Source: Tenacibaculum sp.
Lineage (GTDB): Bacteria; Bacteroidota; Bacteroidia; Flavobacteriales; Flavobacteriaceae
Reading direction: 5' to 3'
Assembly: GCA_047971505.1 (NCBI GenBank)
Contig: JBKDZU010000006.1
Location: 1,956 to 65,955 of the forward strand
DNA length: 64,000 nucleotides
Of this stretch, positions 49,782-59,657 are shown one piece after another. The notes under the pieces are model-generated. The model was not told the DNA's origin, ran no database searches, and saw nothing but the letters and a program-made list of their open reading frames with translations. Position 1 is the first letter of the stretch. Each line of letters begins with the position of its first letter. A program made the position numbers and the translations under genes.

Positions 49782-50162
49782 ATGAAACTAAAAAAAATAT
49801 TAATAGTTTACGATCATGCAAATACAATTATGTCATTAGAATATGCTTTTAAGAAAAAAAATTATCAAGTACTTATAGCAAGAGATGAAATTGAGGCAAT
49901 TAAAATAGCAAAAACACAACTGCCTATGCTTATTTTATTAAACTTTATGACATCAAAAACAAATAGCTATCAAATTTTAAAAGAAATAAAGCAGCTTAAA
50001 AAGCTAAGCAACATAAAAACTTTGCTATTACTGACTAAAAACAAATCAATTTATGTTGAAAAAGGCATTGCAATGGGAGCTGACAATTATTTACTCAAGC
50101 CATTTTCAACTAAAAAACTCATTGAAAAGGCTGAAAATATGCTAGATACAATAGTAAGCTAA
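49782..50162 (+). CDS. Stand-alone response-regulator receiver domain lacking the phospho-acceptor Asp (Asn54)
   Basis: 126 aa with CheY-like fold markers. KILIVYD replaces the DD acidic pair. PMLILLNFM has Asn (aac, 49941-49943) where LLD is expected. The conserved Thr (LLLLT) and Lys (YLLKPF) are present. No output domain. Confidence 0.75.
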   Translation: MKLKKILIVYDHANTIMSLEYAFKKKNYQVLIARDEIEAIKIAKTQLPMLILLNFMTSKTNSYQILKEIKQLKKLSNIKTLLLLTKNKSIYVEKGIAMGADNYLLKPFSTKKLIEKAENMLDTIVS

Positions 50163-50194
50163 AAATATATGCAAAATCAAAATCTTAATCAATC

Positions 50195-52102
50195 ATGAGT
50201 AACTATCATATAAAACACTTAGAAGAGTACTTTCAAGTATATCGCAAATCAGTTCGATTTACTGAAGTATTTTGGGCAGAGGTTGCCGAAGAGCACTTTT
50301 TATGGAGAAAAAAATGGGATAAGGTATTAGAATGGGACTTTAACAAACCTGAAATTAAATGGTTTCAAGCAGGCAAGCTAAACATTACAGAAAATTGCTT
50401 AGACAGACATCTGTATATCAGAGCAGACAAAACAGCTATTATTTTCCAACCTAATAATCCAAAAGAAAAAGCAGAGCACATAACTTATAAACAGCTATAC
50501 GAAAGAGTGTGTCAATTTGCCAATGTTTTAAAAAACCAAGGCGTAAAAAAAGGTGATAGAGTTGTAATTTATTTGCCTATGATACCTCAACTTGCTATTT
50601 CTCTTTTAGCCTGTGCAAGAATAGGAGCTATCCACTCAGTAGTTTTTGCAGGATTTTCGTCAAAAGCCTTAGCTACGAGAATTAACGATTGCACGGCAAA
50701 GGCAGTAATTACCTCAGATGGCTCATTTAGAGGACCTAAAATTATTAATATAAAAGGAATTGTCGATGAAGCCCTAGAGCAATGCAATACTGTTAAAACT
50801 GTTTTGGTAGTTAAACGCACAAATACAAATCTTAATTTAAAGAAAGGAAGAGACCATTTGCTACAACCTCTGCTTGACAAGGCTTCTATAGAATGTGCAG
50901 CTACAATTATGGACGCAGAAGACCCGCTTTTTATTCTCTACACCTCAGGCTCAACAGGCAAGCCTAAAGGCATGTTACATACCACAGGAGGTTATATGGT
51001 ATATACAGCCTATACCTTTAAAAATGCCTTTCAATATAAAGAAGACGATGTATATTGGTGCTCAGCAGATATTGGTTGGATAACAGGGCATTCGTATATA
51101 GTTTACGGACCTTTGGCTAACGGAGCTACCTCAGTTATGTTTGAAGGGATACCCTCTTACCCCGATTTTGGACGTTTTTGGCAAATTATTGAAAAACATA
51201 AAATAACCCAGTTTTACACAGCACCCACAGCTATTAGAGCCTTAGCCAAAGAAAATTTAGCTTATGTCAATAAATACAATTTAAGCAGTTTAAGGATTTT
51301 AGGAACTGTTGGAGAGCCTATAAATGAAGAAGCATGGCATTGGTATAACGACAATATAGGAGATAAAAAATGTCCTATTATAGATACTTGGTGGCAAACA
51401 GAAACTGGAGGTATTTTAATTTCGCCCATTCCTTTTTCAACTCCTACCAAACCCACCTATGCCACCTTACCTATGCCTGGCATACAGCCTGTGCTGATGG
51501 ATGAATCAGGAAAAGAAATAAAGGGAAATTCTGTTGAAGGGCGCTTGTGTATTAAATTTCCATGGCCTTCAATTGCTAGAACTATTTGGGGTGACCACCA
51601 AAGGTATAAAGACACTTATTTTTCAACCTTTGACAATATGTACTTTACTGGCGATGGAGCTTTGAGAGATGAGGTAGGATATTACCGAATAACTGGAAGA
51701 GTTGACGATGTAATCATAGTATCGGGACACAACTTAGGAACAGCTCCCATTGAAGACGCTATCAATGAACATCCTGCAGTTGCCGAATCGGCCATAGTAG
51801 GCTACCCGCATAAAGTTAAAGGAAATGCCTTATACGGATATGTGATTTTAAAAGAAACTGGCGAAATTAGAGACCGCGACAACTTGAGAAAAGAAATTAA
51901 TCAATTAATTACTGACCATATTGGTCCGATAGCCAAGCTAAATAAAATACAATTTGTAGAAGGACTACCCAAAACTAGAAGCGGTAAAATTATGAGGCGT
52001 ATTTTACGTAAAATAGCTTCAAAAAATACCACTGAATTAGGAGATACTTCAACCTTGTTAAATCCAGAAATAGTCAATTCTATTATCAAAGAAGTACTTT
52101 AG
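50195..52102 (+). CDS. acs: Acetyl-CoA synthetase (AMP-forming)
   Basis: 635 aa with YTSGSTGKPKG, WWQTETGG and PKTRSGKIMRRILRKIA. Confidence 0.95.
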   Translation: MSNYHIKHLEEYFQVYRKSVRFTEVFWAEVAEEHFLWRKKWDKVLEWDFNKPEIKWFQAGKLNITENCLDRHLYIRADKTAIIFQPNNPKEKAEHITYKQLYERVCQFANVLKNQGVKKGDRVVIYLPMIPQLAISLLACARIGAIHSVVFAGFSSKALATRINDCTAKAVITSDGSFRGPKIINIKGIVDEALEQCNTVKTVLVVKRTNTNLNLKKGRDHLLQPLLDKASIECAATIMDAEDPLFILYTSGSTGKPKGMLHTTGGYMVYTAYTFKNAFQYKEDDVYWCSADIGWITGHSYIVYGPLANGATSVMFEGIPSYPDFGRFWQIIEKHKITQFYTAPTAIRALAKENLAYVNKYNLSSLRILGTVGEPINEEAWHWYNDNIGDKKCPIIDTWWQTETGGILISPIPFSTPTKPTYATLPMPGIQPVLMDESGKEIKGNSVEGRLCIKFPWPSIARTIWGDHQRYKDTYFSTFDNMYFTGDGALRDEVGYYRITGRVDDVIIVSGHNLGTAPIEDAINEHPAVAESAIVGYPHKVKGNALYGYVILKETGEIRDRDNLRKEINQLITDHIGPIAKLNKIQFVEGLPKTRSGKIMRRILRKIASKNTTELGDTSTLLNPEIVNSIIKEVL

Positions 52103-52162
52103 TGTAATAAGCTTATAAATGTGTTTTATAAAACAAGGCGCATTTTACTTGTAAAGGCACTC

Positions 52163-53227
52163 TTATAGTTGTTTTAAAATAGATAAGGTTTTTTTTCGGT
52201 CTATTTTTTTATTTGCTGCTTCTATAAAATTATCGATAAAAAATATTTGTTTAGGCTGCTGGTATTTTGCAAGGCTAGTTGTTTTAGCTATTTTATTGTG
52301 TATTTCATCAATTTTTGTTTCGCTTCCTCGACCTTCGACAAGCAATACTAATTTTTTCCCAAAAACAGAATCGGGAAGCCCTGCTACAAAAAAGCGTTGC
52401 TCTAAAACAGTTGCTAGTTTTCTTTCTATAACTTCAGGGTGTAACTTTATGCCTGCCGAGTTAATAACATGGTCATATCTTCCCAACCAATTAAACTCTT
52501 TTTCCGAAACCAGTTCAACCACATCATTGGTAATAACTTCTTTATCCAAAATATTTGGAGCTTTAACCGTCAAACAATTTCTTTTGTCCTGACTAATCTT
52601 TATCCCTGGCAAAACAGTAAACACTGACTTATTTTCTTTATCGGGCAAAAAATTATTTAGCCTCATAAGTGCTATATGACTCAAGGTTTCAGTCATTCCG
52701 TAGCTGGCATAAATTTCTGTTGATACTTCTTGAATTTCAGCCTTTAAACTAGGCAGGACCTCAGCCCCGCCTACAAGTATCTTTTTTATCTTATGCAAGT
52801 CATTTAACGAGTTATGTAACTGTAAAGGAATCATAGCAGCAAAATCATAAGTATTCTTTAAATCTTTTAAAGGGTTAGCCTTTGGTTGCACTATATTGAG
52901 ATGCCATCCCAAGCTAAGTGCCCTGACTAACATCATCTTTCCTGCAATATATTTTGCCGACAAACACAGTAAAGAAGTGCTTTTTTCAGATAAATTAAAA
53001 AAAGCACCCGTAGCCTTTGCTGAGTTAATCATATGGCTTTTTTTAAGCCGAATAGCCCTAGGTTTACCTGTAGAGCCCGAGGTGTGAACAGTAATATAAT
53101 TTTTATTTGCAAACCAACTTTGAAAAAAGCAATGTGTATCTTCAGAAAGTTGTTCCGAATATTTTAGCAACTCTGTACTGTTGACAAAGGACCTGTTGTT
53201 GAGTTTAAATTCTGGATCAAAAAGCAT
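52163..53227 (-). CDS. AMP-binding enzyme, O-succinylbenzoate-CoA ligase (MenE)-like
   Basis: 354 aa short-form adenylate-forming enzyme with HTSGSTGKPR, YGMTET and GRYDHVINSAGIKL. Confidence 0.65.
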   Translation of the reverse strand: MLFDPEFKLNNRSFVNSTELLKYSEQLSEDTHCFFQSWFANKNYITVHTSGSTGKPRAIRLKKSHMINSAKATGAFFNLSEKSTSLLCLSAKYIAGKMMLVRALSLGWHLNIVQPKANPLKDLKNTYDFAAMIPLQLHNSLNDLHKIKKILVGGAEVLPSLKAEIQEVSTEIYASYGMTETLSHIALMRLNNFLPDKENKSVFTVLPGIKISQDKRNCLTVKAPNILDKEVITNDVVELVSEKEFNWLGRYDHVINSAGIKLHPEVIERKLATVLEQRFFVAGLPDSVFGKKLVLLVEGRGSETKIDEIHNKIAKTTSLAKYQQPKQIFFIDNFIEAANKKIDRKKTLSILKQL

Positions 53228-53512
53228 ACTAAAGCTTTAATATAAACAATTGATTAATTAATTTTTAGCAATAAACACAACTTATTGATAAACATATAAT
53301 AGCGCTCTTTTTGGGCTTTTTATACAAGCGTTCTGTTTTAATACTTTTAATAAGCTTAAAAACCATAGCTATGCTTTTTATACTGTCTTTATACTATTTA
53401 TTAAATTAAAAGAGAATTAAAATAACTGAAAGCCAAACTCAGTAACAAACCTAAAAAACACAACTGCAAAAAGTATAACTCTCTAGTTTGCAAAAAATAA
53501 GTACAGCACCTC

Positions 53513-56479
53513 TTATTCTATCAACAATAGTTTTTTAGTGCTTTTAAAATTTCCGTTTTCTATCTGCAAAAAATACAACCCCTTATTTACAGACTTAAAA
53601 GAAATTTCTTCAAAAAACAGAGAAGAGTTATAGTTAAAATGTTTAATTTCAATAAGCTTTCCGCTTATATCAAATAGCTTTACAGTAACCTCTTTACTGT
53701 CGCTCAGCTGAAAAGTCAATCTAAATTCTCCATTTGTAGGATTGGGATATAAAATAGCTTCTTGCTCACCATATATAACAATAGCTTCCTCTATAACAAT
53801 ACTGTAGTCTTCAACCTCGCCGTCAAAGTTTAGCTCGCAGGCTTGTGGAGTTTCTTCACTATTAAATTTTGTGGTAATGCGCATAACAGTAGTGCCAAGT
53901 TCGGCATTGTCGGGTATGCGAATTTTTAGCGGACTAAGGCTAGTTATACCGTTTGAGTTTGCAGTAACAGTGCCTAGGTTAAACTTTTCATCAGCCTCCA
54001 AAATACAGTTTTGATTCCAATCTATCCAAGCTACTGTTTGAGTAGTGTATTGAGTTTGATTAAAATCGGCGGTATTAGTGTGAACTGTAAGTGGATATAT
54101 CAAACCTTTTTTTAAATTTGTCGACAAGTGTTTATAATTGCTGTAGCCGCTATCTTTAGTGAGACTTAAGTTGTCAATTGTATTAAAATTAACATAGGTA
54201 GTGCTTGTATTAAAAGTTGTATTACCACTTGATTTGCATGCTTGTTTGACTAATTCAAATTTTAGCTCTATTTTTTTTTGAATTGATGCCGATTCGGCAC
54301 TGACACCAATAGTGTAACTACCCTCGGCAATAGTACTAAGTTTAGATACTTTAAACTCAACCAAACCTTCTGTTGTAATAGCAGATTGACTAACTTCAAC
54401 TTCTAAGTTTGCTGGCTTTTCAACAACACTTATTGTTACTTCTTCCGAAAAGCTATTTATTGGAACATAACTTAAATTATACATAATTTCATCTGAAGAA
54501 TTGCACACTGTAACAGCACCTGTTGTATTTACAAAATTAAAGTCAGGATCAGAGCTAATAGTAAATTTATTGCTTATATTGTAAAATACATTATCGGCTG
54601 CTTCGATCATTAAAATAGCATTTTCAGTATTTTGAACAAAGGCAGGCAATGTAATTTCTTGCTCTCCGTCATTATCTATATCGGCAGCTAAAGTATCAAA
54701 ACTCATCCCTCCGTTAACCGAAAGCTTAATGTTTACCTTTTTGCAGTTTATAGGAGCTATATTGGTTTGTCCAACAGTCCAGATGATAATCCTGCTTGTA
54801 TTCTGTGCCCAAGTAACTTGATTGCTCACCGAAAAGGGAGTGCCTTGAACTGTAGTCACTTTTATATCATCTAGCGAAACTGCTCCCCCATTTATATTGT
54901 TGTCTCTCACGGTAAAAGAAAAGTTCATACTTCTAGCAACCGAAGGGAGTACTTCCCAAACAGATGTGCTACCTGTTAAAACCGTTAAAAAGTTCGGAAA
55001 ATATCTTTCAGCTGCTTCTGTGGGTGGTACAGACCTAAACATAGGACCTGCTGAGTTACTCGAAAGAGGAGGCATTATAGCAACTTCACTGTCAATTTGT
55101 TCCCAATTATAACTAAGACTAGAGCTATTATCGGGGTCATTGGCTGTTCCTTTTAAAACAAAAGGAGTTGATATTGGTATTGATACATCGTTACCTGCCT
55201 GTGCACTTGGCGATATATTGGCAGTGCTAGTTTGACTTGCACAACCTGCTGAATTTTGTATAGTATTCCAAATTTGCTCAATGCTAACTGAGTGAAAATA
55301 GGCATCACTATTAGATTGTACATCGGGAGGGCAAATTCCTGCATAGCCCATAATGGTAGAACCACTGCCTGGCTCAACAGCAGTTTGATTAGAACGTTCG
55401 CCATTACACAAATTATTAAAAGTATGCGATGCACCAAATTGATGACCAATTTCATGAGAAACAAAATCTATATTAAAAGGATCAGAAATAGGATTGCTTA
55501 TCCCCGATACTCCTCTTGCTTTTAAGTTTGTCTCGCATACTGAACCCAAAAACGCAATGCCTCCGTTACTTGTACTAAATACATGACCAATATCGTAATT
55601 TGCCGAGCCTATTATTGCATCGCATAATTCTTGGTTTTGGTTAATTAGCATATTAACATCGTTATTTGAAAGATTGTCAGAACTTGAATCAAAAAAAATA
55701 AGCTTATCATTATTAGCTACAAGTTGCATACGTACTGCTAAATCATTTTCAAACACTTGATTTACACGTGTTAAAGTTGTATTTATAGCTGATAAAACCG
55801 CTGCTTTTTTTATTGTAGATGATGCTGTTGCTGGGATGTTTTGATTGTTTAAATGATACAGTGCGTACTCGGCCGTGCTAGCAATAGCAATTCTATATGT
55901 TCTTAAAAATCCGTCGTTTAAATTTAATGTTTTTTGTTTTTGTATAAGTTTATTACTTTCTTCGTTTGTATTGCAGACAAAACCATTATTATTTCTTAGA
56001 TCATTTTTATAATAGGCTATATAAGCTTTGCTGTCCTCAGTATAGGGATCTATAAAATAGGATGCTTTATTTCTCGATGTAATCAGTGCATGAACGCCGT
56101 TAGTGCCAATGCTTATTCGAGCGGTAGCCTCAGAATTATCACTTGCTATGGCTATATAAGATTTTATATAAGGATATTTTTGTGCGAGTTTTTCTTCAAA
56201 AACTGGTATTTCAGTAAAGTTAAATTCAGCAAACTCGCCATTTCCTATAGGCAGGCTTAACGAAATTTTTGTTCCATCATCTGCTCGAGAATTTAATCGA
56301 GCTTTAAAGTTTTTAATGTTTAAGCTAAATAATTGGTATTTTGCAGGTAAATCTTTATTTTGATAGCTTTTTAATATGCTAACTGATTTGCGAGGGTTTA
56401 ATTTTTTCCAGTAATTTTGTGCCTTAACTATACTTACTGATGCTAATATAAAAAAAAGCAAAAATAACTTTTTTTTCAT
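53513..56479 (-). CDS. Secreted reprolysin/M12B-like zinc metalloprotease with a T9SS C-terminal sorting domain
   Basis: 988 aa. Signal peptide; metzincin motif HEIGHQFGASH (55424-55456); GEVEDY motif; C-terminal ~80 aa Por-secretion-tail pattern ILYPNPTNGEFRL...GLYFLQI. Confidence 0.8.
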   Translation of the reverse strand: MKKKLFLLFFILASVSIVKAQNYWKKLNPRKSVSILKSYQNKDLPAKYQLFSLNIKNFKARLNSRADDGTKISLSLPIGNGEFAEFNFTEIPVFEEKLAQKYPYIKSYIAIASDNSEATARISIGTNGVHALITSRNKASYFIDPYTEDSKAYIAYYKNDLRNNNGFVCNTNEESNKLIQKQKTLNLNDGFLRTYRIAIASTAEYALYHLNNQNIPATASSTIKKAAVLSAINTTLTRVNQVFENDLAVRMQLVANNDKLIFFDSSSDNLSNNDVNMLINQNQELCDAIIGSANYDIGHVFSTSNGGIAFLGSVCETNLKARGVSGISNPISDPFNIDFVSHEIGHQFGASHTFNNLCNGERSNQTAVEPGSGSTIMGYAGICPPDVQSNSDAYFHSVSIEQIWNTIQNSAGCASQTSTANISPSAQAGNDVSIPISTPFVLKGTANDPDNSSSLSYNWEQIDSEVAIMPPLSSNSAGPMFRSVPPTEAAERYFPNFLTVLTGSTSVWEVLPSVARSMNFSFTVRDNNINGGAVSLDDIKVTTVQGTPFSVSNQVTWAQNTSRIIIWTVGQTNIAPINCKKVNIKLSVNGGMSFDTLAADIDNDGEQEITLPAFVQNTENAILMIEAADNVFYNISNKFTISSDPDFNFVNTTGAVTVCNSSDEIMYNLSYVPINSFSEEVTISVVEKPANLEVEVSQSAITTEGLVEFKVSKLSTIAEGSYTIGVSAESASIQKKIELKFELVKQACKSSGNTTFNTSTTYVNFNTIDNLSLTKDSGYSNYKHLSTNLKKGLIYPLTVHTNTADFNQTQYTTQTVAWIDWNQNCILEADEKFNLGTVTANSNGITSLSPLKIRIPDNAELGTTVMRITTKFNSEETPQACELNFDGEVEDYSIVIEEAIVIYGEQEAILYPNPTNGEFRLTFQLSDSKEVTVKLFDISGKLIEIKHFNYNSSLFFEEISFKSVNKGLYFLQIENGNFKSTKKLLLIE

Positions 56480-56546
56480 TTGTAACTATTTGAATTACAA
56501 TTAATAAAACTAATTTTATTCAAAAATAAATAACTGCACTAAATTT

Positions 56547-57248
56547 ATGAATAAAAAAATTCATATAAAAGACTTATTTAAAAAAGATTTTAAAGAAACT
56601 TGGGACTTGCAAACTGAGCTTTTTGATAAAATTATTGCCTTAAAAAAAATGAAGAGAAACGGCAATGTAGATATTGAAACGCCAAATTATTTTCTGTTTG
56701 TTGAGCATCCTCATGTATATACGCTAGGAAAATCGGGCAGTTTAAACAATTTATTGCTAAGTGAGGATGAGCTAAAGGCAAAGCAGATAAGTTTTTATAA
56801 AATTAACCGAGGAGGAGATATAACCTATCACGGTCCAGGTCAAATTGTAGGGTATCCTATTTTAGACTTAGAAAATTTTTTTACCGATATTCACAAGTAC
56901 CTGAGGTTACTTGAAGAAGCAGTTATTTTAACCCTTGCCGAATACAATATAAAGGCAGAGCGCAACAAGGGCGAAACTGGGGTTTGGCTAGATGCTCACA
57001 CTTCTTTTGCCAGAAAAATTTGCGCTATAGGCATAAGAACAGGCAGATGGGTAAGTATGCACGGCTTTGCTCTTAATGTAAATACTGATTTAGAGTATTT
57101 TCAACATATTATCCCCTGTGGTATAAAGGGAAAGGCAGTAAGTTCAATGAGCTTAGAAATAGGTGAGAAAATTTCAGAAAAAAAAGTTAAGCAAAAGTTG
57201 TTAAAGCATTTTATTAGTTTATTTAAAGCCGAACAAATTTACATATAA
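56547..57248 (+). CDS. lipB: Octanoyltransferase (lipoyl(octanoyl) transferase)
   Basis: 233 aa with INRGGDITYHGPGQIVGY, KICAIGIR and IPCGI. Confidence 0.9.
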   Translation: MNKKIHIKDLFKKDFKETWDLQTELFDKIIALKKMKRNGNVDIETPNYFLFVEHPHVYTLGKSGSLNNLLLSEDELKAKQISFYKINRGGDITYHGPGQIVGYPILDLENFFTDIHKYLRLLEEAVILTLAEYNIKAERNKGETGVWLDAHTSFARKICAIGIRTGRWVSMHGFALNVNTDLEYFQHIIPCGIKGKAVSSMSLEIGEKISEKKVKQKLLKHFISLFKAEQIYI

Positions 57249-57278
57249 AAAAAGAGGCTGAAATTACTTACAGCCTCT
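57247..57278 (-). terminator. Rho-independent terminator for the YceI-like gene
   Basis: 8-bp stem agaggctg (57253-57260) / cagcctct (57271-57278) with a 10-nt loop. On the minus strand it is followed by a 7-T run that overlaps the lipB stop codon. Confidence 0.6.
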
Positions 57279-57306
57279 AATCTAAAAAATGAATGTAACA
57301 AAAAAA

Positions 57307-57951
57307 CTACTTTTTTGCTTTTATTTCAAAAGACATTTCCATAAAATCATTAATGAACTTGTCTTTTAAAGCTGCGTCAAATTTTTTAGAGTTATAAGTT
57401 ACTCCAAAATCAGTTCTATCTATACTAAAAACATCACTTTTAAGTGTAGTGAAAACAGAATCTTCAACAAGGGTAGCTGCTATGGTAATGCTCTTGGTAA
57501 TATCCTTAATGGTCAAGTTGCCTGTTAGGTGTATTTTCCCTTCTTTAGCTTCAGAGTTAGTTACGGCAAACTTAGCACTTGGGAATTTTTCTACATCAAA
57601 AAAATCAGCTGATTTTAAATGAGTTTCCAATTTTTCTTTGCCTTTTCCTGCTTCTAGATCTGTACACGAAATAGTACTCATATCAATAGCAAATTCGCCT
57701 GCTTTAACAAGTTTATCTTCAATGTCAAAAACACCACTTTCAAGGCTAACAACTCCATTGTGTGAACCGGTTGGTTTACTGCCTTTCCAAGTAAGTGATG
57801 ATTCTTCTACATTTACCTTAAACGAATTTATAACATTTTCAATTTCTTTTACCTCAGTAATTTCTTCACCTGCCTCTACCTTGTTTTTTGCTTTTTTACA
57901 CGAAACAATTGCTAAAGACATAAGCACAATTGCTAAAATTATTTTTTTCAT
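57307..57951 (-). CDS. YceI-like lipoprotein
   Basis: 214 aa with lipobox LAIVSCKK and YceI-like segments SLTWKGSKPTGSHNG and HLTGNLTIKDITKSI. Confidence 0.75.
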   Translation of the reverse strand: MKKIILAIVLMSLAIVSCKKAKNKVEAGEEITEVKEIENVINSFKVNVEESSLTWKGSKPTGSHNGVVSLESGVFDIEDKLVKAGEFAIDMSTISCTDLEAGKGKEKLETHLKSADFFDVEKFPSAKFAVTNSEAKEGKIHLTGNLTIKDITKSITIAATLVEDSVFTTLKSDVFSIDRTDFGVTYNSKKFDAALKDKFINDFMEMSFEIKAKK

Positions 57952-58120
57952 AAGTATGGGTTTTTATAATTTAAAAAATTAATGCAAATATTTGAAACAA
58001 AAATAAATAAAATTTGTTTTTACAAACAATTTTATTGACAATTATTTTAAACCACTTATTAACATTTATTTATTATTAAACACCTAATTTAGAGCAGTAA
58101 TTTAGTTAAAATCAACTAAA

Positions 58121-58573
58121 CTATTGCTTGTTTTTACTGTCGATAATTAAGGTTACGGGGCCGTTATTTACTAGCTCAACTTTCATGTTTACGCCAAACC
58201 GTCCTGTCTGAATTTTTTTTGACAAATTAATCTGAGTTTGCTCAATGAACTTTTGATACAGATTAAAAGCTAGTTCAGATTTAGCTGCTTTGATATAACT
58301 GGGACGATTCCCTTTTTTAGTAGATGCATAAAGAGTAAACTGACTAACAACAATAATATCGCCTCCCACTTCTTTTACAGACTTTTCAACAAGGTTATTA
58401 TTGTCCTTAAAGATTCTGAGTTTGATTATTTTTTTTGACAACCAATTAATATCCGAATCATTATCTTGATTTTCTACTCCCAATAAAATTAAAAGCCCAA
58501 TGCCAATACTTGCTATTTTTTCTGAATTTACAAATACACTAGCCTTACTTACTCTTTGTACAACTGCTTTCAT
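58121..58573 (-). CDS. dtd: D-aminoacyl-tRNA deacylase
   Basis: 150 aa with MKAVVQRV, VVSQFTLYA and NNGPVTLIID. Confidence 0.95.
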   Translation of the reverse strand: MKAVVQRVSKASVFVNSEKIASIGIGLLILLGVENQDNDSDINWLSKKIIKLRIFKDNNNLVEKSVKEVGGDIIVVSQFTLYASTKKGNRPSYIKAAKSELAFNLYQKFIEQTQINLSKKIQTGRFGVNMKVELVNNGPVTLIIDSKNKQ

Positions 58574-58595
58574 AATAGGAATTTATTTATAAGGT

Positions 58596-59537
58596 TTATT
58601 TCCATATATCAACTCGGTAATTTTCTTGCTCTCCATCTAATATTTGCAAATAGCTTTTATAGCGCGACTGTGCTATTTTTTTATTTATAAGTGCATTTTT
58701 TACAGCACATTGTGGCTCATTTACATGCATGCAGTTGTGAAACTTGCAATATTGCTTTAGGGCAAAAAATTCACAAAAATAATCTGCCAACTCGCTTTTA
58801 TTTATATCGACCAAGCCAAAGCCTTTTATGCCTGGTGTATCTATTATTTTAGCGCCACAACTTAAATCGAACATTTCGACAAAGGTGGTAGTGTGTTTCC
58901 CTTGTTTGTGATACTCAGATATTTGCTTGGTTTTTAGGTTTAATTCTGGTTCAATGGCGTTTATTAAGGTAGTTTTCCCAACTCCCGAATGCCCTGCAAA
59001 CATACTTGTTTTACCTAGCATAAGTTGCTTTACTGCATTGATGTTTTTTCTTTTTAAAGCTGAAACCTCAAGGCAAGTGTACCCTATGGCTTTATATATG
59101 TTTTTTAATTGTAAAACCTCTGCTTTTTCTTCTACTTTATAAGTGTCGAATTTGTTAAAAACTAAAAAAACTCGAATTGAATAAGCCTCAGCTGTAGCTA
59201 AAAACCTATCGATAAATGTAGTTAAAGTGCGAGGCTTATTAATGGTTATCAACAAAAAAACTTGATCGATATTTGAAGCAATAATGTGTGTTTGCTTTGA
59301 GAGGTTTACTGACTTGCGAACTATATAATTTTTGCGATTTTTAATTGTTGTAATAAACCCTATTTTACTATCTGCCTTTGTTTCTAACTCAAAAACAACC
59401 CTATCACCAACGGCAATAGGATTAGTGCTTTTAATTTGTTTAATTCTAAACTTCCCTTTTATCCTGCACTTGTAAAGGGTTTTGTTGTGCTTAACCCAAT
59501 ACCAGCTTCCTGTTGATTTGTAAACTGTGCCTATCAT
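58596..59537 (-). CDS. rsgA: Ribosome small-subunit-dependent GTPase A
   Basis: 313 aa with a circularly permuted GTPase (GHSGVGKTTLIN, IDTPG) and the C-terminal zinc knuckle CKFHNCMHVNEPQCAV. Confidence 0.9.
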   Translation of the reverse strand: MIGTVYKSTGSWYWVKHNKTLYKCRIKGKFRIKQIKSTNPIAVGDRVVFELETKADSKIGFITTIKNRKNYIVRKSVNLSKQTHIIASNIDQVFLLITINKPRTLTTFIDRFLATAEAYSIRVFLVFNKFDTYKVEEKAEVLQLKNIYKAIGYTCLEVSALKRKNINAVKQLMLGKTSMFAGHSGVGKTTLINAIEPELNLKTKQISEYHKQGKHTTTFVEMFDLSCGAKIIDTPGIKGFGLVDINKSELADYFCEFFALKQYCKFHNCMHVNEPQCAVKNALINKKIAQSRYKSYLQILDGEQENYRVDIWK

Positions 59538-59657
59538 AAAAACAAAGATGCTAATAAAATTTAACGATAGTGCAATTGTTTTTAAGCTATTCGATATAAT
59601 TTAAAGAACTTATTTTGCAGTGCTAGTATTTTTTTAACCTTATCGCTTTGTTTTTTA

